This document shows, in pieces, positions 40,470 to 53,075 of a stretch of 64,000 bases of DNA. This DNA comes from Paecilomyces variotii (taxonomy: Eukaryota), in assembly GCA_004022145.1 (NCBI GenBank), contig RCNU01000018.1. One strand, given 5' to 3'. The position numbers were made by a program, and so were the translations under genes. Below the pieces are notes generated by a model. That model did no database searches. It was given only the letters and a program-made list of their open reading frames with translations, and was not told where the DNA came from. Numbering within the stretch: the stretch's first letter is position 1; every line of letters begins with the position of its first letter.

Positions 40470-41498
40470 ATGACTGTCAACGTACCATCCTCTCCAGACT
40501 CGAATGGCTCCGCCCAGACTTGGTTCTCTCAAATCAAAAGGGATATACAAGCAGCAACTGAATATATGGAGCTGAGATATGATAATATCTCAGTAGAAAA
40601 GGGAGCGTTATTGGTAGAATCACTTTCGGAAGATCCTGACATTGAGAGACGCAATACGCGGTAATGATACCAGCAGAAATCTCCGAAAGATGTATCGTTT
40701 ATTATTATTATCTAAATTTAACTGATAATACTTATCAGATTCAGTTATAACTCGTTAATCAAAGTGCTCAACATTTTAATCATGCCTACAGAAGTCCATG
40801 ATGTTCATCAACATTGGATCGGCGAAGAAAAACTGGATATGGTACTTGCCGGATTCTTAACTCCCGCAGAAGGTTATGTGTTGACACTTGGAGTTGGCAC
40901 AAGTAGGCTATTTATATCTCTCTGATTCGATACGTATATTAACTGATATTGGATACCTAGTTATTGATCATTTCAGGGGACAGTATACCGGTTCCTTCAA
41001 GGCACCTGATATGCTTATACGTTATGAGCTTCAACCACTACCTAGTATCGCGGTAGAATCCGGATGGGCAGAATCACTGCCTCGTCTCCACGCAGACATA
41101 CGTCTGTGGCTTGAGGGTGGACAGCCAGATGTTTAACTTGTCATTGTCCTCTGTTGGACTAAGATGTCTGGAGCGCCCCTGCAACGCATAAAAGGGATCT
41201 TCGAAATATGGGAACGAGATGCTGGTAACTCTCCGTATCTTAAGTAAAATGGGGTAAGTTAAGAACCACCACACAACTGAGTAAGGAATTGATGATAACA
41301 ATAATATATTGATAGGATATCTTCCTAACGCTGGCAAATGCAGCTACCCAGGTAATACCTGTAACTCGCGCCCAGCTCTTCGGGCCGGTATATGTATTAC
41401 CTGGGAGGAATGGCACAGATGTATGGAATCTCTGCGTTGACATATTGCGGACTTGGGCGAGGAAGGCCATCGTTAAAATGGGTTATGTACCGGCGTGA
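40470..41498 (+). pseudogene. Disrupted copy of putative PD-(D/E)XK nuclease gene (exons 40470-40660, 40739-40902, 40961-41253, 41316-41498)
   Basis: Clear paralog of 54898-55909 with identical intron positions; in-frame TAA at 41134-41136 and 41245-41247. Confidence 0.85.
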
Positions 41499-41664
41499 CT
41501 ATCCTCCCTTCAACTGCGTATTTGTGTGATTGGACCATAATTTTCTTCATCTTCTCGATGTCTTGCCAAAAGTTTCCATCGACATGATGTATGTTGGAAT
41601 GGCGAGGGGAGCGCCCGGACTACATGATAATTTGAAATGGTAACGCCGTACTTTGGGTTATCTT

Positions 41665-41890
41665 TACCACTTTGGCCTGAGAACAAGTTTGTTTTTATAT
41701 TAGCTCTCATTGCCAAATTGAAATTTGACTAGATAGACTCTTCCAACAATCTACCTACTCTTGATTGATTATGAGATAGATAGATACCTAAGATACCTAG
41801 AATAGCCAATTGTCTTGTTCTTCTCTGCCCAATCAGCGCTATCGGATCCCTCCCTAAAGACACCTCACCGCCTAGAAGGTACCACCAATG
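41665..41890 (+). repeat. Conserved 3' non-coding block shared with 54697-54890 (inverted)
   Basis: GCCAAATTGAAATTTGACTAG and ATAGCCAATTGTCTTGTTCTTC...AATCAGCG.TATCGGATCCCTCC..AAGACACCTCACCGCCTAGAAG...CCACCAATG present downstream of both gene copies. Confidence 0.9.
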
Positions 41891-42120
41891 GTAAGCTCCC
41901 ATTTTCCGAACTGCCAGCCGGTCACGACTGAGTGTAGCCCGCATTGATGCTTTGTCCAACAACTAAGGGAAAAGGACCAAAAAAAAGGAGGTCATTGTCA
42001 AGGTGGACTGGATTTGCAGAAAACAGGGTTCCAGGTCCCCTCCAAAGACAAGGGAATAAAGCTGGATGTCAGTCTTTCTTTGATTGTTCTACATACATTC
42101 TTGGGTGAAGGGCCTCGACC

Positions 42121-45100
42121 ATGGCAACCGGCCGCGCCCACCAGAATCCTATCGTTTTGGTTATAGATTTCCACCATGCCAGGTGAGTGCGGGCGGAACC
42201 AGCATTTTCAGGAGAGAGAGGGAGATGTGATGTCGACTGTATCTCATCATGGAGACGGAGACTTTGTGGTCAATGAGGTTATCTATTCCGTGAAACAGGA
42301 CAATGGCTGATCAACCGGGCGCTGCTCGTATATAGAGGTCCTGAGATCGAGCACTGTTTCGGCGACGATGGGACGAATCCCGCGGTTGAGAACGACTGGT
42401 CCTTGCTGCCGTTCATGGCACTGTCCGATGGAGCGCATGCGTATGATCCCCTTTTCATTGCGTTCGATCCCAACCTCTTCCTCGAGGAGAGACGATCGAC
42501 AAAGGTCAATCGCTGACTTCTTCTCCGATGTTGCGTTTCAGATCCACGGAGGACTTCTCGTACTTCACCCTCCGACGCAATGCGACCGATGCAGAGCCCG
42601 CGACGTCGCTTTTTGGAATATCGTGCACGAGACAGCTCGATTCGAATTCGCTGATTAATCGACCCCCGGATGTGACGCGCTCTACGGTCCAGAAGGCGGT
42701 CGTGGTCGTGACGGATAGCCCGCAGTACTTTGGACAGCTAAGGGAGAAATTGTCCATCGTCACTTCCGCCTGGTTTGCGCAGCGGTAGGTGAATTGGGAT
42801 TTTGTTCCTGTGTGCTTGGTGGGAACGACAGCGCTGATGTGCTCTCGTCGATAGCGATTTTACCGACACAGATATCTTGAAGGTTGGTCTCGACAGTGGG
42901 TTCACACTTTATTGAGACTGACTGGTTTGCGATTCAGAAATTCCGAGAGGGTCTGATAATCAGTCTGAACAACGAGGGAGCCCAGAAGGACCAACAGCAG
43001 CTGGGTGAGTCCGGTTACTCCCCGAATCAGAATGACGCGAAAAGATAGCTGACCCGTCCAGAAGGCCTTTCCTTACGAGAAATGATCCATGAGTTCAGAC
43101 ATCAAACATTGGTTCTCTTCAAATGTCTATTATTACAGCCAAAGGTTTGAATGTCTGTACGAAACAGCATGACCCGTACTGATCTGTGCACCCCCAGATG
43201 CTCTTCTTCGGCTCGCGATGCGAGCGACTTTGCATGATACAATTTTCACTAATCTCTTTGATACCCGGACTTATTCATAATCTTCAAGACTGCGCGGATC
43301 CCTCTTTCGACACATACTCCCAGACGGTTGAGAAGCCAACCTCCCTAAAGACGAGTGAGAGGAGTTCACGTACGGTTGCCCTGCACTACAATCGAAGCTT
43401 CTCTGCTGACAGCTTTCAGTGCTTGCTTATATGGGCCTTCCTCTGCAGATCTTCGGCAAAGTAGGTCATCCTCTGCCCACGATCAATTGTTCGTTGCTAA
43501 TTCTGCCAGGGGAGCATGTTCGGACCCTATACGCCGCTGCAGCAGCTGGATCTGTTGGCAGACCATGGAACGAAATCTTACGTGGTTGGCTCAACCAATT
43601 CGTTACTTCTTCAGCAGAAGGACCGCTACAGTGATGTGATCATTAATGTGAGCAATTAGTCGCCGCGGGATCTTGTCACTCGTTCTAACCGTGTGGACAG
43701 CTCGACGAAGACACAATCAACATCTCGTCCCCATCACTACGCAACGCCTTGTCGCTTTCTGCGGCTGACAGACGATGGATCGACTTCCTTACGCAGACCA
43801 TCAACGAGACCTGGGACGAGGCGCATCCACAGCAACCAAAGACCCACGGCTACATGGGATCCGAAGAGTTCATTCGTTTGCAGTTCGAAGAATATCTGCT
43901 GGCTCTGCTTTCGAGTATGAAATACCATGAAGAGTTGAATTCGTATACACCCGGCTCAGGCAACGATTCGGGACGCAGAAACCGTATGCAGCTGCAGGCG
44001 TTGAATATCGAGGGCGACCCGGCGCTCGAGTTTAATGCCGACTTTCTGGCACAATGGCAGACAACACCGAACTATGCTCTCTTCAAGCGACTGACATCGG
44101 ATGCGCTGCTGTTCTCCATCGTCGAGCCCCGTCATCCTTGCGCGGGCGGTCTAACGATTGATGATATCCAGCGACGTCTGTCCCAGCAGGTCGCTGAATT
44201 GCACCTGGATGAACGGGTCCGCGAAGGCCGGGAGGCACTCAACAAACACCTTGCTACTGGCTCGAAGAAGGTCTCTGCAGCGTTCAACAGCTTCTGGGCA
44301 GACATCGAATCGATGCGGGAAGCTCAGCGGAAGAAGAACGAGGAGAAGGCTGGCCAGTCTGGAAATCGATTGTCAATAGACACTTCCGTACCGCCAACAC
44401 CCACCTCACCCCGAGTACCTTCATCAGCAGCCTCTGAGACCAGACCGTCATCATGGTTCTCCCGGAGGCCGCCGTCGGTTGACCTCACGCAGGCCCAGGC
44501 ATCTGTCGGTGTGGTGAGCCAGAAAGCAGGAGCGTACTTCAGTTCCTGGAGTTCATGGGCCAGCGAGCGCCGCAAAGAATGGCAAGATAAGCGGGCATCT
44601 GCAACATCTCCGCCTCCGATCGCGTCCCCATCTACCACAACCCTTGCCAGCGTTGTCGAGAAGCCCGAGGATGAGCGTGGAAGACAGGAGGCCGTGCCTC
44701 GCACCAGTGAGGACTCGATAGCTTTGTCACGAAGCGGCAGTATGAGTCTGTCGAGGAGCGGGAGCAGGAGAAAGAGATGGAGCCAGATGCTCCGACGGAA
44801 AAGCAACGATTCGGACTCTGCGTCTATGAAGGATGATGGCAGTCTTGAGCCTGGCAGCAACGACGTTCCATTGCCAAAGTCACCTCTGTCGCAGACGATG
44901 CCTGTTTTCCCAGACAGCACGGGATCGGAGGAATCGTCGTTAAAAGAGCCATCTGCAAAAGAAGCTGATCGCGCTGCAGCTGAAGCTAAACTCACCGCAT
45001 CCAGCCCCAGCACAGAGAACAAGGCTTCGGAGTCGATCCCTAACGAAGCCCCATCGTCCGCAAAGGCCCCCACGGAACCACCATCTACCACTTCAGCTCC

Positions 45101-45182
45101 AGCCTCATCAGAAACAGAGCTCCAAACCACAACACAACCCACGCAGAACGAATCCTCAACCTCAACAGAAACCACATCATGA
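42121..45182 (+). CDS. avl9: Avl9 family (DENN-like) late secretory pathway protein, many introns
   Basis: IDFHHARGPEIE, LPFMALSDGAH..TEDFSYFTL, LFGISCTRQ, VTRSTVQKAVVV, PYTPLQQL, LSAADRRWID, GSEEFIRLQFEEYL. Confidence 0.92.
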
Positions 45183-46440
45183 ACAGAAAGGAGAATGCCT
45201 CAATTTTGGAAACACAACCTTCCACGAGGTTCATAGTAATGCATTATTTCGATTTTCTCTTCTTTCTCACTTTTTCTTTACGCTCCTCCTGAGGCGTGTG
45301 TGTATGCTTTCATACAAGATATTATTCATAATTATATCCCCCTTGACAATTCACAGTAATTTATTCATAACCTTTTTTTTCTATTTTCTCCCCCCCCCCT
45401 TTCATTCTTCTTGTTAATGTTAATGTTGATGTTGATGCTGATCTAGATCTGACTTTCTTTTTTTGTACATTGTACCATACATTAGATACTTTGTCCCCTG
45501 CACTTGACTCTATTTAGTCCCAGCAGGAACTATCCATACATATTATATAACCTACCTCATCTACCTTGTTCAGTTTATATATCATATCATTACTATACCA
45601 TACACTCATCAACATTCTGATCGAAGAAAGCTAGCTTCTGTTACTGTAATGCGATCGACCTCCCCCTAGCCAGTAGGATTCACCAACGATACGACACGAT
45701 ACGATACAGATAGATAAGCTGGACTATGTTCTAATGGGATGCTGTTACGGCTGCTTTGCAGGATTGGTGCGCGCGTGGATGACTAGTATATACGTTAATA
45801 TTATATTATAGGCAAGGAGGGCCAGGGTCAAGATCAGAATACGGGGCCTAGATAGTTTGAATGGAATCAATGGATAGTTTAGACTACCTTGTTGCCGTGG
45901 TACTGTGCATACTTTTATGCTCGATACTGGGGAACGAGAAGAAAAGAAAAGAAAAAGGGTTTAGATATAAAATCTCCCTTTCGTGATCCCATAACAAAAA
46001 TATGAATCTGAGATGGCATATTTCTTTTTCTTCTTTTTTAAAAACCCACAACCTAATGTTACGTGATAAGTAGTACTATAGTAAATATGTATGATGGATT
46101 GATTGGGCTTCGGTTTGGATAGGCAAACCGACCCCAACAACCGACACGAACCGATCCGTTCTTGCCTTGCCTTGCTTTGCTTTAGCATGTCTTGTCCAAT
46201 GAGTTAAAGAGAAACCTTGGAGAGAGAAAAAAAGGAAGCCATCTGGGCTAATTCGCCGGGAATGTCATTTCAGCGCTTGGAAAAGAAAAGGAGAAACAGA
46301 GCAAAACCAGCAAGGGAATAAGCGACATTAGCAAACAAAAGGAGATCCGTTTCATCCGCCCTGCCGATGTGGCCTACAACAGGCGTATGGGACTATCACC
46401 AACGCTAAGAGAAAAACCAGCAGAAAAGAGTAAAAGTGAA

Positions 46441-49063
46441 TCAGGCAATGTAGGCCAGCTCATCCCCATCCAATCGCTCAATGTAGTCTTTCTCCATGAG
46501 TGCCTCGATGTTCTTCTTGATATCGGGCACCTTTGGTGGGAAACGGGCCTTGACCTGCTGGATGACCTCCTGGACCAGTTGGACATGCTTCATCTTCTTT
46601 CGGGACTTCATAATACGCACGATTGCGGACTGCCACTGGTTAGCGACTTGGAAGGATTAACGGTCGTAATATAAGTGGCTACATACCTGAAGCAACAACT
46701 TGCGGTCCTCCTCTATCGTCTTGTGGGTATCGTCTGACTCATGCTTCTGCTCGGACTTGATCTGAATGTTCAGATTGACCTTGATCTTCTTGTTCTTAAA
46801 GTTGTAGTTCAGGGAGAACGAGGTGCCTGGCCCAGGCTTTGCGCCTTCAGGAGATGGTAGGAGCACCTTGGCCTTGAGCAGAATGCTCAGGTTAGGTTCC
46901 AGAATCTCATTAGACAGGGCAGTCGCCTTCTGGATCTCCGAGAACTCCAGGGTGTCGTGCTCGTTGTAGAGAAGAAGGATACCCATCTGGAAGGTGGAAA
47001 CCTGGAAGGTGTATGGCACCTTGGTGTTCTTGATATAGTTTGCCTTAATCTCACCCTTGCACAGCTGCCACAGCCAGGTCAGCTTACGACCGCTGTGCTT
47101 ATCGAAATAGAAGCTCTGGAACCGTTCTGCCGTCTTGACAATTTCGGGTGGTGCCATAAAGTCGGTAGAAGGGGGATTCAGAGGCCAGAAACCAGTACCA
47201 AGAATCTGGAAATGGGGATCGATTGACTTCTTCCGGTCCTCTTCATCCAGGACCTTATCCTGCCAGTCCCTGTAGCTGGCGTTCAGATCCTTGGAGATCT
47301 GAATATCCTGGAACATACGCTGCAGCTTGTTCGTGTATTCGAAACCGCATGCTTCCTTCAGTTTGCTGATCATGCTCGTCTCCGCATCGTCTGACACAGA
47401 GCTCACGTGAACCAGACGCTTGGCCAGCATCTTCGAGTAGAATTTCTGAAAGACATCCTTGTCCTCGATGTACTTGAAGACAGTCATAATCTGGACCAGC
47501 ATTTCTTCCAGTTCCGACTCCTCGACAGCCTTGCTACCCTTCTTGAGAAGCGAGTCTGTGTAACGAGCCAGTAGCTCGGGGGACTTTGTCGAGCTCGACT
47601 TGCAGATCTTGTTGCGGTTGACGAACTCGCGGCAGGCATTGTCCAGGGATCGTACGAACTCGGACTCGCCTGCGAAGGCCGCAGCGACCAGGTTGGAGTA
47701 ACGGGTGTGGACCTGCAGGAGCGCATCCACATACATCTTGGGCTCGAAGTTCTCTCCCTCCGATGCAACCTTCTCCACAGCCGCCAAACCGGCCTTGCGG
47801 ACATGCGTTTCAAACTTGGTCCGCAGAGGGTCCAGACCATCCTTTATCCGCGACAGCAGCCTGTACATCCGAGCGAGATCATCCTGTCGTTCATTATCCA
47901 GCAGAACCTGGAACTCATCCCGCAGCAACCCCGAGTGAGCCGTCACCAAAACATCCAAGCAGGTATCCGTCAGGCGCTTGGTAATATCTGGGTGCAAGTA
48001 TAGTCCGACACGGGCCTTCTCTTCCTCCAGGCGAGCTTCTGCCTTCTTCATGTATTCCACCACGCTGTTCTCCGCCACAAAACGCCGCGACTCGTTCTCG
48101 TAGTACACCCGGGTGGCCGCGATGAAGGGTCTCTCGAAGTAGTACCTGTAGACTTCCAGCGTCGACTTGGAACTATCGTTTTCGTCCAGACCCAGCGATA
48201 CAAAGGAATCGACAATGTTCTTGATCTGAGATTGCTCAATCGTTTCGCCATTACGCTGCCTCTCGATCAGATTCAAAACAGCCTCCATCACCTTCTCCTG
48301 CACCTTCTTGAAGAAGTCCTCCTTCCACTTGACCAGGTGTAACGTGTAGACATCGTAGATGTTCTTCTTTCCCTCATCGATCTCCCGTTTTACCCAGTGC
48401 CGGTTGAGATACTTGAAAATGTGGTTGATGTACTTGGCTGCCGTCGTATATCGGGCCCATTCCCGAATGTAGAAGCCCAGAAGAGCCTCTTCCGCATGCG
48501 TCTCGGAGGCCTTGAACACGGTATCGAGATGGCGCGTCAGATACTGGCCTAGAAGGTTATACAATTCTTCACCGAGCAGATGCGCTGGGGGACTGTCAGT
48601 AAATTGCACGATCGATCGAGATAGCGAATTCACACACCCCCTCTATGTGCCTGCAGACCTTGGCTGCTGCCTACAGCCTTTTGTGATGTGCAGAAATTGT
48701 GGACGGCACTGTATCCTCGGTCAGCCTGGCGCTCTTCCATCTCCAAATTTCCAACAAGCGCGGTTCACGAACGTGTAAAGAGCCATATACTGTTATGAAG
48801 GCCATGTCAGTATGCCAACCAAACCCTGAGTGGGAGACCACATACCGTCTTCATATCGATGCCATCCTCCAGTTTCAGCATGACGCTGTCGATCCCTCTC
48901 TCCAAGAATGTCCACCTGGGCGCGAGAAAAAGCTCCAGTCAGCATCCATACTGCCTTCTTCCTTCTTTCCTCCATACGGCATGCGAGCAGGTTCTGCTCC
49001 GCGTGAGACTTACGTTTCCTCGAGGTCATCCTTGTGAGGGGTCGGGGGCATCACCGGCGGCAT
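46441..49063 (-). CDS. culA: Cullin-1 (SCF scaffold); includes a 17-nt microexon at 48773-48789
   Basis: YMALYTAVHNFCT, FKYLNRHWVKRE, PELLARYTDSLL, FKYIEDKDVFQKFY, HSGRKLTWL, neddylation region SAIVRIMKSRK. Confidence 0.96.
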
Positions 49064-50308
49064 GATCGCTTTTCCTCGACCACGGTGTGACAAGCGGGCA
49101 ATGAAGGAGGCTGTCGAGCGTGAGCTGGTTAGTTTCTTCATGGACAAACAGACAAAAAGCGGTAAGCGACATGCTTCAGCGGTGCTTTTTGACAAACAGA
49201 GCGGTCATATCGGCAGGGATTGTCCTTGTCGAGAACAGGCAACAGCAAGGTGAGACAGAAGGGCAGAAACGCAGTCGGTACCAAGGTAACCCGCCGATAG
49301 AGTTGTGCTCGATGTCTGGGTGCAGCAACGGGCGGTCATGGTCCGCGATATACCTAGGTAATTACACGATGCCGCACCCCGGAAGATCAAGCATAGCTAG
49401 GAGGAGTTGAGATGCGTAGGGGAGGCGAAGGAGCACGACTTACCGTCCGACTTGAGGCCTGAATCCACCAGGTGTCCCAACGATACCCCAAGGCCGTCAG
49501 TGGGGGCTCTAGAAGCAAGAGAAAGAAAATAAATAAAATTAGAAAATGAGAGCCCAAGAGAGCCGAAATGGGGTATGGGGGGGAGTCGGGGTTGGGATGC
49601 AGATGCAGGAAGAGATAGAGATGGTGCTGAGCTGTGTTCGGGGGTAATAATTAGTGAGCAGTGGAGAGGGTGTGGCGTGGCGGTCTTTTTCGGGTTGCCG
49701 CCAGCGATCGACGCGATCTGAGGCTGGGGGATCACTTCATGCCCGCGACAGCTGCTCTTCAGTTATTCTTAGTTATTCTTAGTTAAACATCCGGGGAAGA
49801 TTTCTACCCCAAAGCACTCACTAGTAGTTATGCCTATATGTAGAACAGTAGTTCCTTCAACTAGTTCTCGTCGCTAGATAAGCGCTGACAGCCCAGTCCC
49901 TGGCCACATGCCATCCCCGCGTCTGTGAGCTGGGGAGGCAATAATTATTATTGGAATTGTGATGGCGTTCGTCTATGTATCTATCTACGTTGAAAGACAC
50001 AGGTTCAACTGGATGTTAGTCAACACCAGTTCACTCAGATAGCATACCCTTTCATACATACTCCTAGCAACAAAAAATCCTTAAAGAAGAAGAATATTCT
50101 CTTCTTAACTAATGAACTAATACACTGGAGGACACAGAGTACATCTTGAAACATGACGTCATTGCTTGCTATTGGGCTTTTCTTCAATTTCTCTGCATAT
50201 GTTAGTTACCAGTTCTTCATACACTACTACTACTATAGCGACGCAAGTATTATACAAAGGGCATCATCAAACAGAGTGATAAAGAGAGAGACATACACAA
50301 AAAAAATC

Positions 50309-50833
50309 ATGACCATAAATCCAGCATCCGAAATCCGCATCACCCAACGTCTCATCCCCGCCTGGAAAGGCATCCCCAACACCTCGATCCAATCCAAACC
50401 ACTCCTGATCTACCACAACGCCTTCCAAGCCTCTGCATCTGAACTTTCGTCCCGTTTACAGAAGATCGGTGCAGTCGTCCCGCAGTGGCAATACAGCATG
50501 TATCCCACGACGCATTTCCATTCCACCACCCATGAGGTCCTGGGGGTCGTGTCCGGGCGAGCACGGCTGTGTTTCGGAGGTGAGGGTTATCCAGAGCGGT
50601 TCGAGCCAACGGTACAGAAGGGCGATTTGATGATCGTGCCTGCGGGGGTAGGCCATCGTTTGTTGGAGGATCTGGATGGCGGCTTCAAGATGGTCGGGTC
50701 ATATCCTCCAGGGAAGCAGTGGGATATGTGTTATGGGCAAGAGGGGGAGGATAAGGTTAAGAGTATTGAGAAGTCGGGTTGGTTCGAGAAGGATCCGCTC
50801 TACGGCGATGAGGGGCCAGCCTTGGAGGTTTAG
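50309..50833 (+). CDS. Cupin-domain protein (YjlB-like)
   Basis: IPNT...PLLIYH, HFHSTTHEVLGV..G, GDLMIVPAGVGHR, MVGSYP, DPLYG..GP; start could be upstream at 50153. Confidence 0.85.
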   Translation: MTINPASEIRITQRLIPAWKGIPNTSIQSKPLLIYHNAFQASASELSSRLQKIGAVVPQWQYSMYPTTHFHSTTHEVLGVVSGRARLCFGGEGYPERFEPTVQKGDLMIVPAGVGHRLLEDLDGGFKMVGSYPPGKQWDMCYGQEGEDKVKSIEKSGWFEKDPLYGDEGPALEV

Positions 50834-51238
50834 GAGGAGATGAATGGCATCAAATTGCTCGCAATGGGCAGACAGTCCGCCCAGAGTGGCATTGACTCGG
50901 TACGATTTCGAATGAATAATAGTAACTAATATCAATAATGAAATATCTAGTATACTCGCCGACCACAATTCTTGATTGCAACAAAAGTACCTGCCCTTTT
51001 GGCCTTCCCCTAGGCCTACCTATCCATGCCGCGAAACGCCGCCAAATGACAAAAGAGATCACTAGTGGTCGAAAAAAAAAAGAAAGATTAAGAAGACGCG
51101 AAGAGCCTCCGACGGGGAGGCGCCAAACAGCATCCTCGCCGCAGTACGTTGAATGCAACATAATATATACCTAAGAAGGAGCAAGATGTAGAAGATGGCC
51201 GGAATGGCAGGAGATGGACATGGCCTGGCCATATATGA

Positions 51239-52531
51239 TCACTGAGCAACCCGTTCGACAACCCTAATGTCGGAACTCTGTCAGAACATCTTCACCAGGG
51301 TCATGGGAAAGGAAAGCCAAAGTACATACCTTAACACACTAACCGCAAATGTCATTAACCACGCAATTAAGGCGATCAGCAAGACCGAGGCGAGAGCCTT
51401 TTGGCGATCGCAGATCTTGTCATTCCGCCCGTCCCAAATATCGTTGACCTGCGCCTCCGTACAGGAACCGGTCACATCGGACAGGGCTTCGAAAGCCAGG
51501 CTGAGGTTGGCAGAATCGAAAACAATAAAGAAAAGATCCAGGAAGATAAGCCTCATTTTCGATCGAGCTTTCCGGAGACCCAATGGTTTCCCGGTATATT
51601 CGTCCCACGTAACATAAACAATGTAGACGAGAGCCACCGCATCGACGACAATGGCCATAATGCCAGAGGGCCCTTGGGGATGTCTATACGTTTCTGCAAG
51701 ATGCTGGATAGTGCCACCCAGCGCGAGAGCAGTCAAAGAAAACACCCAGACAGTGAGTCGAAAGACCAGGGGCACAATTGGACTCCTGATGAGAGTAGTC
51801 TGAAGCCGCTTGTACCATATCTGGCGCTTTTTCTTCGGAGGCAGTGCTTTCTCAAGATCCTCGTCGTGTTGAGTCCCTGCCAGCCACGGCTGGGAATAGT
51901 CACCCAGGTTCTGATTCAGCCATTCTGGTGTCACGACTTGATCCTCAAGTGAGCGCTCGAGGGGATACGCAATAGGTCTGGCAAAGGTCCACCAACGCGA
52001 CTGACGTTCGCCTTGGTTCGCGTCGCCATTGAGGCCATTCTCTCTGGAGCCATTGATGTCCACTCCCTGTTTCGAGTGCGGGGAGAAGTTGTGCTGAGCC
52101 ACTACGGCCTCACCTGGTGGGAGGAGACGAGTTGTCGCATCGGTATCATCCTCGCGAAGATCAACTGACTGTATCCATGCTGGACGATGTTAGCCTGACC
52201 ACTGGCAAGCATCCCCCGGGTATAGAGAATAATACTCACCAGGCAGAGTCCGTACGTCGGGAGTCGTAGGTCGCTCCCGGTCATTGCCTTGTGAACGAAC
52301 GTCGTCACCGGAACGTACAGCAGACAGTGAAGGACCAGCGGAAGACTCCAGAGTAGCAGTGCGAGGGCGTCCAACGGAATGCGGTTCACTTCCCGACCCA
52401 TTGGGTGTGCCCAGCCGGTTCTGTGTTCTATCTATACTTGGGGGTTCCAGCAGCGTGATCTGCGACCTGCTAGCTGCCGGTACGTCTGAGGTGTCTGTGA
52501 TCGGGGATAATGCAGATGCATTTTCGGCCAT
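51239..52531 (-). CDS. Regulator of phospholipase D Srf1-like membrane protein
   Basis: DYSQPW, SPIVPLVFRL, YVTWDEYTGKPLGLR, LDLFFIVFDSANLSLAF, ICDRQKALASVL, spliced end LRVVERVAQ. Confidence 0.82.
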
Positions 52532-53075
52532 TGCCTTTGCTCAATGGCCCGGTGAAAGGGCTTGCGGCGAAGTCTCGTCACGGCGGGTATGCTCGAGGGC
52601 TCTGATCGACATGACCCGATGATCGCCTGGTAAGAGTCGAGATTCTAGGCCTTTGGAGGAGCAAAACCCATTAAAAAAGAATGGAAGCAGGACGAAGCCT
52701 GCAAAGTAGACTGAGGAAGTCAGAAAAGAAAAGAAAACGAGTGGAACGGGAGGGGCGGAAAGGTCCCCAGATAGACCTGAAGCTTGATTGCCTGGAAACG
52801 GGAGGTTGGTGTTTGCGTTTCCGGTCGTCTTTTTGTCCTCGGCTGCGGATGACGTCTGAACACCAAACAGCTGCGAGCTTGGGCCTTTCAACATCAGGAG
52901 AAGAAGAAAAAGACCGAGTGAGTCTCCCAGACTGGATACGAAGCGATGACCTGAGGAGACGCACGCTGTCTCGGCCGCTCTTTTCTGCTTTCTTCTTTTC
53001 TCGCGACGCTGCAGTAGTCGTTAACTCACCACCTGACCCCCCTGAACCGGCCCTATCACGTCGTATATCGTTGCC

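Noticed and set aside
40241-41876. ACCGCCTAGA direct repeat (40241-40250 and 41867-41876) as a target-site duplication
   Set aside because: The downstream copy lies inside the block also conserved in the second element, so it is not target-derived; no equivalent upstream of copy 2
41840-41890. Helitron 3' end (CTAG plus hairpin)
   Set aside because: No convincing GC hairpin shared by both copies before CTAG, similarity runs past CTAG, and no Rep/Pif1 gene is present
44324-45175. 283-aa antisense ORF over avl9 3' end
   Set aside because: Shadow of a low-complexity Ser/Thr/Pro-rich coding region
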